A stretch of DNA of 64,000 nt, taken from assembly GCA_001724265.1 (NCBI GenBank), contig MEDY01000659.1, positions 1 through 64,000 on the forward strand, written 5' to 3'. This stretch comes from Rhizaria sp. SCN 62-66 (taxonomy: Eukaryota). Shown here piece after piece: positions 30,787 through 42,901 of the stretch (positions are counted from its first letter, which is position 1; each line of letters opens with the position of its first letter). The notes under the pieces are model-generated. The model was not told the DNA's origin and made no database searches. It was given only the letters and a program-made list of their open reading frames with translations. The position numbers were made by a program, and so were the translations under genes.

Positions 30787-33396
30787 ATGTCTGACCGCGA
30801 GGAGGGCGACATCGTCCCCACACCGGGCCTCGCGCCCGACGCCGACGCTAACCCCGACGCTGAGACCGGCGCCTACCCCGACGCTGACGGCAACGCCGAC
30901 TACCCATACCCCGCTGGCGACGGCGAGGGCGATGGCGATGACCAGGACGCTGGCGCAGACGCAGACGCAGATGCTGGCGCTGGCGCTGGTGCTGATGCTG
31001 GTGCTGATAACGCTGCTCCTGAGGGTGGGTTCAGCTACGATGACAACGGTGACCCGCAGATCCGCGATATCAGCCCCGCCGGCGACGAGGACCCGGCTGG
31101 CTTTGGTACGTTCTCCTCATAACCTAACTCACAACAACGACTGTCCTTCTCTGCACTCCCGTTACTTGATACCTTTTCTTGTATCCCCGCTGATCTCTTC
31201 CCTCCTTGCCTCTACTCTGAACTCTTGCTGCACTATACAGACGAGGACCTGCCTCCCAACGACAACGGCGCCGCGGCTGACGTCAACGACGACGACGGCC
31301 AAGACGACGACGCAGACGCGAACGCGGACGCAGACGCAGACGCTGGCGGTTACGCTGACGGTTACGCTGCAGATGAGGCTGACGCTGAGGCCGACACTGA
31401 GCGCGCCGCGCTTGGTCTCGGCCCTGAGATTGACTCGCAGCTCGAGCCCCTGGGCGCTGATGGCGACAACGACAACGACAACGACAACGGCGAGTACAGT
31501 CACGGCCACGGTCAGACCGCTGACGCCGGTGCCGACGAGGAGGACGACAACAACGACAAATACGGCGGCGGCGGCGGTGGCGGCGGCGGCGGCGGCTACC
31601 ACAGCGTTGGCGCCGACGCTGCTGACGGCGACGATGACGACGCGCAGTCTGGTGTCCCCCATAACGGCGCTCACGCAGGTGCTGCTGCGACCGACGTCGT
31701 GTGCGAGCTTCACTTCCCATCCGTCGACATGGTCCACACAGACGCGTTCCCGGCCGCTTTTACCGTGCACGGGCTTAAGGCGTCGCTGTCGCGCTCCTTT
31801 AACACCCCGCAGCACGCCATCACCGTGCTTTTCCCCAACCCCAGTCAAAGCGACGCCACCGCGGCGGCGGAAGCGCTGGGGGAGCTCGGCGACGTGTGCG
31901 CGGACGGCGTTGCGCTGGCCGACGCCGCGACTCTCGGCCACGTCGTCTCGCTCGCCGCCGCGGCAGGGCTCGGTCACGGCAGCGATGCCGCGGGCGCCGA
32001 CGCGATCGGCGCGCCCGGCCGCCCGCTGCGGCTGCGGGTGGAGATCGCGGCCGGCGCAGAGGGCTCGCTGCCCGGCGGCGGCGAGCACGGACACGGCGAA
32101 GACCACAACCACGCAGATGCCGGCACAGACACTGTGGCTGACGCCAACGCACACGCTGCGAACGGAGAAAACAACGGCGGCGGCGGCGGTGGTGATAGTG
32201 GTGCGAACGCGGGTGTCGCGCCCGTCGACGTCATCCGTGTCTCATTGGGCCCCGCCGACCCGTCTGACCCTGCGTCCGCGGAGGTTTTCGTGTTCGTGAA
32301 GTTGATCAAGGAGTTTGCACTGCGCACCAAGCGCTTCCTCGGCGGTTTCCGCAACAAGACGACGGGCACCGTGTCTCACCACGCGAGTACGCAGACCGTG
32401 CGCCGCGGCAAAGCGGCCACCACAGTCCGCTTCCACCGCGAAACACAGACGCAGCGGTGGGAGTCGCGTTCAGTGCAGTCGACGCGCGAAGTGGGCGTGC
32501 AAATGGCGCGCAAGGATCTCGCTCTGTCCGGGGAGCACGACTATACGCTCGTGCCTCGGCCGTACTTCACCGCGCACCAACTCGCGCTGCTGAAGCATAA
32601 GCAGGCAGTCGAGGTGCAGGCGTTTCTGCGCATCTGCTTTGCGGCGCGGCGCGTGCAGCGGCTGCGGTCCACGCGCGACGACGCGCTGCAGAGCGAAGTG
32701 GAGAAGCGCGCGCGCGAAGAAGAGGCCAAGCGTAAGGAGCTGGCGCGGCAGGCGCGGCGGCGCGCGCATCCGCGTTCGCGGGAAGACTTCGATACGCTGC
32801 AGCGCGAGCTTGAGGCGTGGCGGCTGCACGAGATCGCCCGCATCAAGGCCTCGGGGCTGCCGGAGTCGGCGGTGCAGTTCCAGCTGCAGGAAGTTCTGGG
32901 CAAGGAAGTCGTGGTTCTGCAGATCTTGGACCGGCTGAAGCTTGCCGCGGCCAAGAAAAACGCGCTGGAGCGCACGCAGGAGACGCTGGAGCAGATGTCG
33001 TCCCCCAAGGCGTGGGCGGTCGGCGACGGCGACACCGTGGACGTGGAGACGCCCTTCACACGGCGCGCGCGCGAGCTCGTCGTGCTCTACACCGGTCTGT
33101 CTTCCACAACGCTCACCCCTGCAGAGCGCACTGACGTGTTGTTGCACGCCAAATACACTGCGAAGGAGTTCGACTGCGAGCTCACTCGCGAGCTCCTGGC
33201 GCTCATCGCGCGGGAAGAAGACATGACGGCGCGCGGACGCTCAGACCAGTCGCTTGTCGGGCTCCGCAAGCGCATCGCCAATGGGTTCCTGCAGTTCATC
33301 AACACGCCCGAGTTTAACCCGGAGGCCGCGGCGTTTGCGACAGCGCCGACGAAGCCTGTGGAGATCCTCACCAAGCCGCAGCGCGGCCCGCGCTGA
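30787..33396 (+). CDS. IQUB: IQ and ubiquitin-like domain protein (flagellar radial spoke, FAP253-type); exons 30787-31105, 31241-33396
   Basis: Motifs KRFLGGFRNKTTG...HHASTQT, HRETQT, PRPYFTA, an IQ-like VQAFLR, RRAHPRSREDFDTL, and FLQFINTPEFNPEAA. Phase-1 intron GTACGT...ATACAG. Stop TGA. Confidence 0.93.
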
Positions 33397-33778
33397 AGTG
33401 AAATATAACGAGGGAAAACAAAAACGAGTGCGAAGCACTTGGTCTTGGAACGGATCAGGCCGGGCTACAGTGCAAACTTACTGCTGCTTAAGTCACAGCG
33501 ATTTTATGACAAGAAAATACACGCATAAAACATTCAATCATAGTCTTTTTATATCATTGACTTCATACTTTTTGATGATCAACAAACTTTGTATTATGAA
33601 CAACATTTCTGAGTTCTAAACATATTCCTACAACAACGACCACTCACATGTAATGCACAATGCTCTATCTTTGGATCACTTGCAACGGATCACATCACAT
33701 GCTATCCAAATGCATGCTCGTGTCTTAAAACAAGCTCAAATTGCTTCATCTTAAGTTTATACGGAGCTATTTCAGCCT

Positions 33779-34879
33779 TTAAAAGAGCTTTGCGAGCTGG
33801 TCCTTTTGGGACTGGGTCAGTACGGGCGGCAAGTTGACAACAACCTTGACAAACATACTGCCACGGATACTGGGCGTGCCGTGCACAGGCATGCCTTCGC
33901 CCTCAATGCGGATCACCTCAAACGGCGACGTCACACCCGTCTTGCCCACAGTCACCTCGCGGCCGTCAAGCTGGCGCACAGTACGTGAGAAACCGAGAAG
34001 TGCATCTTTGAGCGTGATGCTGAGCTCAGTGTGTAGATCGTTGCCCTCGCGGCGGAACCGCGCGTGGGGCTGCTGGCGCACGGTCGCAATGACGTCACCG
34101 GGCGTGGTGTTGATGCTCTGCTCACTCTCGCGCTCAAACACGATCTGGTGCCCGTCCTTCATGCCGCGTTCAACCACGGCCAGCAGAGACTTCTTCTCAC
34201 GGACAAGGCGCTTGCCGCCGCAAATCGGGCAGGCGACCTTAGGGACGTTGCCCTTGCCCTGACACGCGTCGCACGGCTGCTGCATCTGCACCTGGAACCC
34301 AGGACCGAGCGTCTGGAGCTTATTCACGACGCCGCGGCCGCCGCACGCGTGGCATTTCTTGGTCTCACCGCCCTGGGCGCCGGAGCCGCGGCACTTCGAA
34401 CAAATAACCTGACGCTCAATCTGCAAGGACGTCTCGGCGCCATTGTAGAGCTGCTCGAGAGACATCGGGAGGTCGACGGCAGCGTTGGGACCCTTAGGGC
34501 GGCCGCCGTGGCCGCCGCCGCCGCCGCCGAACATCATGTCGAACGGGGAAGCACCGCGCTGAGGCTTGTTCAGACCTTCGTAGCCGTCGATGTCGTAAAT
34601 GTGGCGCTTGTCAACGTTGGACAGCACGTCGTGGGCCTCGTTGACTTCGACGAAGTGCTTGTGGGCCTCCTCGTCGCCAGGGTTCTTGTCGGGGTGGTAT
34701 TTGAGCGAGAGACGGCGGAAGGCCTTCTTAATGGCGCCATCGTCCGCGTCGCGGGGGATGCCGAGGATGCCGTAGTAGTCCTTGGCCTCGCAGAAAGTCG
34801 CAAAGAGCGACAGCGCGACCAGCGCGAGCACCAGCAGCAGCGTGCGCGGCAGCGCGAAAAAAGAACGGGGGTAAGCCAT
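33779..34879 (-). CDS. ER-lumen DnaJ/Hsp40 co-chaperone (ERdj3/Scj1-like) with zinc-finger region
   Basis: Signal peptide, J domain with HPD, CxxCxGxG repeats, and a DnaJ C-terminal domain. Stop TAA. Confidence 0.95.
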   Translation of the reverse strand: MAYPRSFFALPRTLLLVLALVALSLFATFCEAKDYYGILGIPRDADDGAIKKAFRRLSLKYHPDKNPGDEEAHKHFVEVNEAHDVLSNVDKRHIYDIDGYEGLNKPQRGASPFDMMFGGGGGGHGGRPKGPNAAVDLPMSLEQLYNGAETSLQIERQVICSKCRGSGAQGGETKKCHACGGRGVVNKLQTLGPGFQVQMQQPCDACQGKGNVPKVACPICGGKRLVREKKSLLAVVERGMKDGHQIVFERESEQSINTTPGDVIATVRQQPHARFRREGNDLHTELSITLKDALLGFSRTVRQLDGREVTVGKTGVTSPFEVIRIEGEGMPVHGTPSIRGSMFVKVVVNLPPVLTQSQKDQLAKLF

Positions 34880-35295
34880 TGTGATTAGCTTAGGGCTTTA
34901 CACGCAAGCGCACGCACGGAAAGGCGGCCGAGGCGAGCGGGGCGGGACCTGGCTGTTGTGAAACAGAACAAGGTGAGACGGCGAGGAAATAGAAGATTCC
35001 CGGGTCGAGTCAACGCTCCAGGAAAAAGGGGGGGTCTGTTGTGTCGTGAGGCGGGAAGGGAGGCGGCGAAGAGTGGATGAGTGCTCTGTGTGGATTGGGG
35101 GCATAGGCGAGAACGTCAGTGCGCGAGGTATACAGTCTGATGTAGCAGCCGTAATAAAAAGAAATGAAAATTCATTTGTGCAAACATTTGGAAGCAGAAA
35201 CTCGCAGACAGATTACGGAGCTGGCGAGTGCGGGAGCGCTCTTTGCAGAGCCTGCTGACCCAGCAATCTCGAGCAATCGATCCCAGTCCAGTTCT

Positions 35296-35352
35296 TGTTC
35301 GGTATTGGTCTCGGTCAGTCGGGTCGGTTGGACCGAGACCAGTAGCCGAACA
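35296..35352. repeat. 57-nt near-perfect hairpin in the divergent DnaJ / RUS intergenic region
   Basis: TGTTCGGTATTGGTCTCGGTC pairs with GACCGAGACCAGTAGCCGAACA, with one bulge and one G-U pair. Confidence 0.75.
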
Positions 35353-36009
35353 CACACCCGCCCCAAACACCGAGTTTTGGTTTCGGCACGCGCAGGCGCG
35401 CCGTGAAATGGGCTTGTATAGTGTAACTCGTGGCTTTTATGGGGTTTTATAGCGGTATGCGTTATTGTGAACTAGTATCCGCGTTCTATGGGGGCTCTGG
35501 CGTCGTGTATATCAGGCTTGAGAGGGACCAAAGGTGCTCGTGTGGTCACCTCCGTACTCCTGATGCGCTCTGGCTTATGCCGTGCATGCGCGGCCATTTC
35601 TTTCCACTGCTCACACCTTCACGCCCCTTACGTTTGATCTGAATCCGCTCTCTTTTGCCCGCCCTTTTCCCGCAGCCTCTTCAGCGTGATCCTTTCCCCG
35701 CACTCCGGCTCAGACACACACCGCCTTGCCCGGCCTCTGTGTTGTGTTCGCTCCCGCGCCAAGAAAGCTGTCTACGTCTACTCCAGACTTTTGCCGGCAT
35801 ACTACCCGATCTGAGGTTTTTGCTGTCTGGCGCATATCCCGTCAGCCCTCGATCCAACTCCGCTCTGACGCGTTCTTGTCGCGCCCAGCAGCCCTCTCGT
35901 TCCCTGTGAGTCCCTCGCCTCACTCCCCACCTCCCCGTCCCCACAGCAGCCTTTAGCCCTCGCTTCTGCGCTTCGTCTCTCGCCGGCGCCTCTCACGCAC
36001 AGTATAGTT

Positions 36010-36453
36010 ATGATGCTCCGCGCCCGCAGCTCCCGCGCTCTCGGCACCGCGCTGGCCGCCGCCCCCCGCATCACCGCCACTTCAGCTTTGGCAACCGCCT
36101 CCCTCACCTCTGCGTCGGCGTCGACTGTGGGTCGCGGTATCGCGACGACGACGGCTGGTCTCGCGCGCGCCCGCGGTCTCGCGTCCTCTGCTCGCCTCGC
36201 TGCAACGTCGTCGTCGTTGCTTCTTCCTTCGACTGCTCCTCTGCACACTGCTGCTTCACTCGCCGCCCGCAAAACAGCCTCCTCTTTTTCCGCCTCTGCG
36301 ACGCGCATCACGCTCCCCGTCCTTTCGCTCAACGCCAATACGGGCGTTTCTGCGCACACGAACGCTCACGTTTTCTTAGCCTCCACAACCGCGACCACCG
36401 CGGCAGCCGCCATTGCGGCAACTGCGACATCTGCCCGCGCCTTCAGCGTCGGT

Positions 36454-36485
<32 letters not shown>

Positions 36486-39237
36486 TGGTGCTGAGGGCGA
36501 ATACGCGTACGGCAATTCCACTGCCCCGCGCCACGGCTCATCCACGGATCTCCAGCGATCACGGTCACAGGTGATCGAAGTCATCCACGGACGCTCGAGG
36601 CGGTTCTTCTTCCACCGCAACACGGGCCGCCTCGTGCCGCAGTGGATGTGGTCCGACGACGAGGAAGAGTTCGACCGTCTCATGCGTTCCAACCGCGAGT
36701 CCCGTGCATTCTCGCTGACGAAGCTCAAGGGCGTGTCCCGCTCGATGGCGTCGCGGCTCAACGCGCAGTTCCACTCGACCCTCCTGCCCGTCGGTTTCCC
36801 CGATACGGTGCACCAGTGCTACGTGCCGTTCTCGACGTGGCAGTTCTTCGAGAACGTCGCGCACTCCGTCGGCCACGTGCTCTGCTCGCAGGCCATGCTC
36901 TCCTCCGTCGGGCTCCCCACCTCGGCCGCCGCGGCCGCGGGCGGTGCTGTGGCGATCCGCTGGATCATCAAGGACGGACTGGCCAACCTCGCCAAGCTTG
37001 TCTTCACCAAGCGGTACGCGCACGCGTTTGACTTCCGCCCCAAGACGTGGGCCATTATTGCCGAATCGATGCTCGTCGCGGGCTCAGCGTTCGAGATCTC
37101 CACCGCCGTCGCCGCGTCTCTGGGCTACCCCGGGCTTTTCGTGCCGCTCGCGGCGATCGGTGCGTCTCTGCAGGCCCTGGCGCACCTCTCGTGGGAGGCC
37201 ACGCACGCCAACTTCATCCGCTGGCTCTCCCTGCGCAACAACATTGCAGACATCACCGCCAAAGCCGACGCGCAGGTCGTCGTGGCTGAGCTTATCGGCC
37301 TCGCTGCGGGCGCGGCGCTCATCACTAAGTACCATGAGCCGTGGCATCTCTGCGTGTTCTTCGCCGCCATCGTGCCGTTCCACCTTTTCGCCACCTCCCG
37401 CCGTGTCCGCGCCATCTCGTTCGGCATGCTCTCCACGCCGCGCGCCCTGCAGCTCATCAACGCCTACGTCTCGCACCACGCCGGGTACCTCCCGCTGCTT
37501 CCGGGCGCGGAGGACCGGCGGGTGCTAAGCGGCGTTGGCGTTGCGCTGCCGGAGGTGGCGCGCGGGCTCGCCTCGCCTGTCGGCCGCGGCTATGTCAACG
37601 CGCTCAAGAGTATCCACCGTCCTGCGCCTCTTCCGCCGGTCCCAGTCCCAGTCGCCGTGACTGCCTCTACCGCGGCTGCGGCGGCGGGCGCGGTCGCCGA
37701 CGTCGCGAGCGCTGCCGCTGCTGGCGCCGGCCCTGACTCCGCTGCGACCCCTGCGGCCGCGGCGACTGAGTCTCCTAGTCCCACTCCCGCCGCCGCTGCT
37801 GCTACCACTGCGGCTGTGACACAGCAGCAGCAGCCGATTCACCATCACCACGCGCCGCAGACGCAGCCGTCGTCGTCGTTCACCTTTGTGCCCGCCGCCG
37901 CCGCCGCGCCCGCCGCCGCCGCTTCTTCCGCCGCCGCCGCCGCCTCTGCCGCGGGTTCTGCCAGCGCCTCTGCCGCCGGCGCCGCCTCCGGCTCTGGCTC
38001 TGACCCCGCCTCCGCCGCCGCCGCCGCCGCTCTCGCCGCTGCGTCCAGCGCGGGCTCTGGCGCCGTGAGTCTGAGCCTGAGCAGCCTCACCGCGTCCGCC
38101 GCGCACATGCCCGTGCTCTCCTCCGCACCCGGCACCGTCATGCGCGCCGCCGCCAACCCGTCCGTGCCGGTCTCCGCCGCCGCGACGGGCCCCGCCGAGT
38201 GGGTGGCCGCCACGTCCACAACCATGGGCCCCGCGGGCGGCGCGCCGGCCGCGGGCGCGGGCTCGGCCGCGGCGGGTCACTCCCTCACCGGCCACGGGCA
38301 CGGACACGGGCACATGGCGGGCGTGCCGGTGCCGCCGAAGGTGCTCTCTCTCGCGACGCCGGCGCAGCTGGGCGTGACCGACGTGCGACTCGGCGAGTTC
38401 TTTTACCCCCGCGAGTGGACCGAAACGCTCGGCTTCCCGGCGATTGAGATGGGGCGCACGGTCACCGACGCGTTCCTGACCGAGGAGTCGCTCATGGGCT
38501 CGTGCCACTTGTTCCGCGAAGAGTGGTACCTCATCAACTACCGTGTGGACCAGAACACGATCTACATTCTGTACAAGGAAGACGCCGATGATGAAGATGT
38601 GTTTAAGTCGCTCCTGCACGCGGCCAAGTTCTCCCATGAGATGCGCAAACGCACTGTGCTCGGTCTGCCCTACGGTGCACCGGAGCACGGCCGTCCCAGC
38701 GCTGGCGCCGCCGCTGCCCCTACCGCTGCTTCTGTTGTGTCGGCTGCGCACACTGGCATCTCGCCCGCTGGCGCGACGATCGTCAAGCTCGCGGCCAATG
38801 CGAAGAATGCAGCCGCTGTTTCTGCCGCGCCTGCTGCTGCGGCTGCGGCGGGCTCGCCGATGGCTGCGACGCTGCCTGGCGTCGTCCGCGCCTTCAACCC
38901 CGCTGCTGCCGCCGCCGCCACTCCCGCCGCCGCCACTACCTCTGGCGCTGGCGCCACTGCGAGCGGGGGAAGCTCGTCCGCCGTCGCCGCTGCGGCCGCC
39001 GCGGCCGCCGGTGGTCTGCCGACCGGTCCGTCGTTCGATCCCTACAACGTGCTGCGCGACACGCTGGGCTGGGCGACGCGCAACTTCGACTCGGCGCGCG
39101 CTCTGTTGGCTGACGCCGGCTGGGACACGGAGGTGATCACGTGGGGTGATGTTGGTAACCGCGTGTGTCTGTCGGATTATAGCGTGGCGGCGGAGACCGC
39201 GGGCGCGGCGGGCGGGGCTGTGCAGGGCAAACAGTGA
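36010..39237 (+). CDS. RUS (root UVB sensitive / DUF647) family protein with a transit-peptide-like N-terminus and Ala-rich insertions
   Basis: Motifs LPVGFPDTVHQCY, AIRWIIKDGL, FDFRPKTW, NNIADITAKADAQ and LFREEWYLI. Stop TGA. Confidence 0.9.
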
Positions 39238-40355
39238 AGTTGGCGTCAATGCGCAGTAAAAACTTGAACGACGATGACGACGACGATGACTGGAAACGAG
39301 CGTATCAAGAATGTTTAGTTAACGTTCATACTTATCCGCTTTAATTATCCCACTCTCCTTCTTCGCTTCGCAAAACGAAAAACAATATGTCCAAGCCTTT
39401 AATTATTATTCTCTCTAAACTTGCACGTGGGTGATTTAAATTCGTAAGACCGAGAAGATGTCGTACGGTAACACCCACTTTAAACGTAGCCTTTCCGTCT
39501 ACTCATCGTGATCATCAATGAAGACACACCACAATAACAACTTATATTATACAGCATCTCCTTTATCAACGCGATATCATTACTTCTTCGGGGAGGAATT
39601 GTCCAAAATGTACTTGGATTTTGTGACTGTGTATTCAATTAAGTTAAGCATCGTAGTGCTCAGACCTACAATACAAACAAACGAACGACTGGCAAGAAAA
39701 TAATAGCATTCGTGTGAAATAAAAATAAAAAATGTTTGCTTGGTTCTTGTTTTGCTGGTCTCGGCATGCGACATACGCGTTAACTTGACAATTTCGTTTT
39801 TGTTGTTTTTGAGATGTTTGAGAACTTAGATAAAGAGGTAGAGCATCGACAGCAACGCGCAGCGCAGCACCAGCGATAAAGCCGACGCAAGACAGCGCAA
39901 TGTGCCTCTGTCTAGGATATTATAAGACGGGCGATCAACAGCGACCCGATAGCAAACAAGAGAGCTCGCAAGAGTGAGAGTTGCAGTGACAGTATTTATC
40001 ACAGCATTGGGTTCAGTGCAGTGCAGTGCACTAGCGTCAGTGACACAGTGTGGTGGAATGACAGAGTGGGACACAGCGCCGCCGTGGCAAAGCGCCGCCG
40101 TGCCACGAAACGCGTGGGCACGGGGCGGAAGCGGGGAAGCGGCGGCTGACGGGGAAGCTTTGGTAGAGAAAACAAAAAAAAAGGGCTTTCGTCATGCGCA
40201 TGTTGTGTCACTTGTCTTTGTCGCAGCAGTGTCGCGGGTTTCAGCGAGCGACTGCGGGATAGCGCGCGTACTATAGCAAGCGTAGTGCATCTTGCTGATC
40301 TAATCGCTGTCTGTTCGTTGCAGCAGTAGGCAGTTATTGAAGAATGTTGCTTGCT

Positions 40356-40823
40356 TTACTGCTTGGAGGCGGGAGCGGGCGCCACGGCGGCGTCGGGAGC
40401 GTCAAACCAGGCGGGCATCTTGCGGTTGATCGGGGGGACCTCGCCGGTGCGCATCATGTACTCGCGGGCCTTGTACTCACGCTACGCACGAGAGTGGGCG
40501 AGCGCGGAGCGGGTTGTGCAAGAGATCGAGCATCATAGAACAAGACAGAACAAGAGAAGAAGCAAAGAAGATGAGGTTCGTTGGTAGGGAGCTAGAAGCA
40601 AGAGAGCAACAACGGCATGGATCTTGGGGAGAGAGAAAAAGCTAGGCTATTGTGAGAGAGTGGTGCGGTGGCGTACCATGAGGACCTGGCGCTGCTCGGT
40701 ATCAGAGAGGAGGTGGGTGTCGAAGAGGGCATCGAGACCGGTGGCGAGGTACTTGCGGCCGAGAATACCGGCGCCGAAGAGGCCACCCATGACCACGAGG
40801 GGGATGAACGTCTGAACAGGCAT
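40356..40823 (-). CDS. Small single-TM protein resembling complex I subunit NDUFA1 (MWFE), 90 aa; exons 40823-40677, 40481-40356
   Basis: MPVQTFIPLVVMGGLFGAGILGRKYL...LSDTEQRQVLM|REYKAREYMMRTG... joined by a phase-0 intron GTACGC...GCGTAG. From memory the pattern resembles fungal MWFE subunits. Stop TAA. Confidence 0.6.
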
Positions 40824-41128
40824 TCGAACCTGTGCGGGCAAAGTGTCAGAAGCGGGATCAGGAAGCAAGATAGGCAAGGGTGAACGTTGGAAGAGCATGG
40901 GCCAGGCGAACCGAGTTTGCACACAGGTGCTGGCATCCATCTAAGACAAGAAGTTTGACCGCCAATACGGCTAGCAGTGCACTCAGCGATCGCATATTGT
41001 ATAAAACACGACCAGTAGATATTAAACAAAAAGCCAATAAAATACTTGACGATCGGAAAAAGGCGCCAGAGACATCAGGAAGCGGCTGCCAGTCTGACCG
41101 CTGGAGAGCTGGCGGCTTACTTTCTACG

Positions 41129-41215
41129 CCCAGCCCAGTCGACCGACCGCCAGTCCACCGCACTCGGTCGCTCGGTCGAACTGGACCGCTGACTGGGGCT
41201 GTGGGGCGGGCTGGG
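41129..41215. repeat. Nested inverted repeats in the divergent NDUFA1-like / MRPL32 promoter
   Basis: CCAGTCGACCGA (41135-41146) pairs with TCGGTCGAACTGG (41172-41184); CCCAGCCC (41129) pairs with GGGCTGGG (41208). Confidence 0.5.
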
Positions 41216-41353
41216 AGCAGTCTCGAGTGGGCGAGCTGCAAGGGCTGTTTTCGTCCGAAAGGCTCCGACAACGCGGAAACTTTAGTGTTTAGATTTTTCA
41301 AGACCGCCTTCGCTCTTGAAGACATACAACTCTCCGTTCTGCACACACCAAAC

Positions 41354-41986
41354 ATGTACCGCGCCACCGACTTCGTTAAGCTCGCCGCCCGCCCGCTGGC
41401 CTCTGCCTCGCAACAGGTCGCGCCCCGCGCCCTGGGCGGCGCTATGGCTGCGGCCCAGACCTCGATGCGCGCCAACGCCGCTCTCCAGGCCTCCCACACT
41501 GCCTCCGAGGCTATTGCCCAGCGTGTCTCCAAGCTTCGCCTCCCCGCCGTTGCCGCTTCCACTGCCGCTGCTGCCCCCACTGGCTTCGCTGCTGCTGCCA
41601 TTGCTGCTGCTGTTGTGCCCGTCCGCGTCGCCGCTCTCCCCGCCGCCGCCGTCGCCTCCGCCGCCGCCGCTGCCGCCGCGCCCGCTGCGGCCGTGCCCGC
41701 CGAGCTGACCGCCGGCGCCCTGGACCTCCCCACCGCGTCCCTCCTCCCCTCCGGTCTCGCCGCGTCCCTGCGCGCAATCGAGGTCGCTGAGGGCCGCTAC
41801 GAGCTCACCGCCGTGCCCAAGAAGCGCGTGTCGATCCACAAGCGCCGCGTGCGTCACGAGGGCCACTGGGCGTCGAAGCTCCGCTTCCTTTACAAGCCCT
41901 ACAAGACATGTCTGCAGTGCAAGAAGGTCGTTGCGCCTCACTTCGCCTGCGCGCGCATTGCCTGCCTCGAGGCGCCCCGCGTCTAA
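41354..41986 (+). CDS. MRPL32: Mitochondrial ribosomal protein bL32m with a long presequence
   Basis: AVPKKRVSIHKRRVRH...CLQCKKVVAPHFAC, following an Ala/Arg-rich presequence from ATG 41354. Stop TAA. Confidence 0.88.
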   Translation: MYRATDFVKLAARPLASASQQVAPRALGGAMAAAQTSMRANAALQASHTASEAIAQRVSKLRLPAVAASTAAAAPTGFAAAAIAAAVVPVRVAALPAAAVASAAAAAAAPAAAVPAELTAGALDLPTASLLPSGLAASLRAIEVAEGRYELTAVPKKRVSIHKRRVRHEGHWASKLRFLYKPYKTCLQCKKVVAPHFACARIACLEAPRV

Positions 41987-42901
41987 TCAACGCCGCCGAA
42001 GCGCGCGCGCCCGCCCGCCCTGCATTCTAAACCCCTCTCTCCGCGACTAAAGCTGCGCTGCAAAGCACGCTCTAAGTTGACTTATTCAAGCCACGACCGC
42101 TGCTCTGCTCTATCATCAATCAGCTTTGCTGGGGTGCTCTGCTTCCATATGTCAATGATGTGAACCATTATATTGCTGGCTGGCCGTGGTGCGGGGTTTG
42201 GAATGCATATCAATAGGCTATTTATGTCGTCGTTGTTGTCTTCTTGCTCCACTCGTTCGTTTATCCTGGAACTGACGAGTAGAAAAGAGGAGACGTTGAT
42301 GCCGACTTTGTTACACAGACAAACAAAACAAGCAAAACCACAAAAAGAAGATATTGGAAACAAATTATTTCATGTATTATCCATTAAACAATACAAAACA
42401 TATCAAATTCTCCTCCTACAACTTTCTCAGCATCCTGAATATGATCGTACGTGTATCGCAAAATGTCAACGTCTGTTGTTGTAACGTTAATGTATTGATC
42501 TTTAAATAAGCTGCTAGGCACATTGAGCATAAGAATCAATATATTACGCGTATACTTTCGTAATATTGATAACGTATTGGTATTGAGAGTTAGAAAAATG
42601 AAAAGTGGCATTTGTTCTCCCACGTTGCAACAAAAGAGAAACCAAGCGAAACAAAGCGCTTGTTGCTTCTCTTGCTGTTTGAAAATGGCACAAAGAGAAC
42701 TTAAAATCAAAGCAAAACAAAGAAAAATCTAGGTAGATACGTACAAAGACAAAGAGAACGCGAGCTGAGAGCGTGTCGCTTCACGAGCGAGCTAAACGCA
42801 CTCGCTCGCGGCAGCGAGCAGAAACTCTGCGTCTGAGAGCGCACTTAGAGTGCACTTCGACAGAGAGCACACTTAGACAGAGAGAGAGAGCACGCACGCG
42901 T

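Noticed and set aside
30458-32299. 613-aa Thr-rich plus-strand ORF
   Set aside because: Alternative frame of the GAC/GCC-rich IQUB exons that runs through the intron.
37525-39249. 574-aa minus-strand ORF
   Set aside because: Antisense shadow of the Ala-rich RUS region; Gly/Arg low-complexity only.
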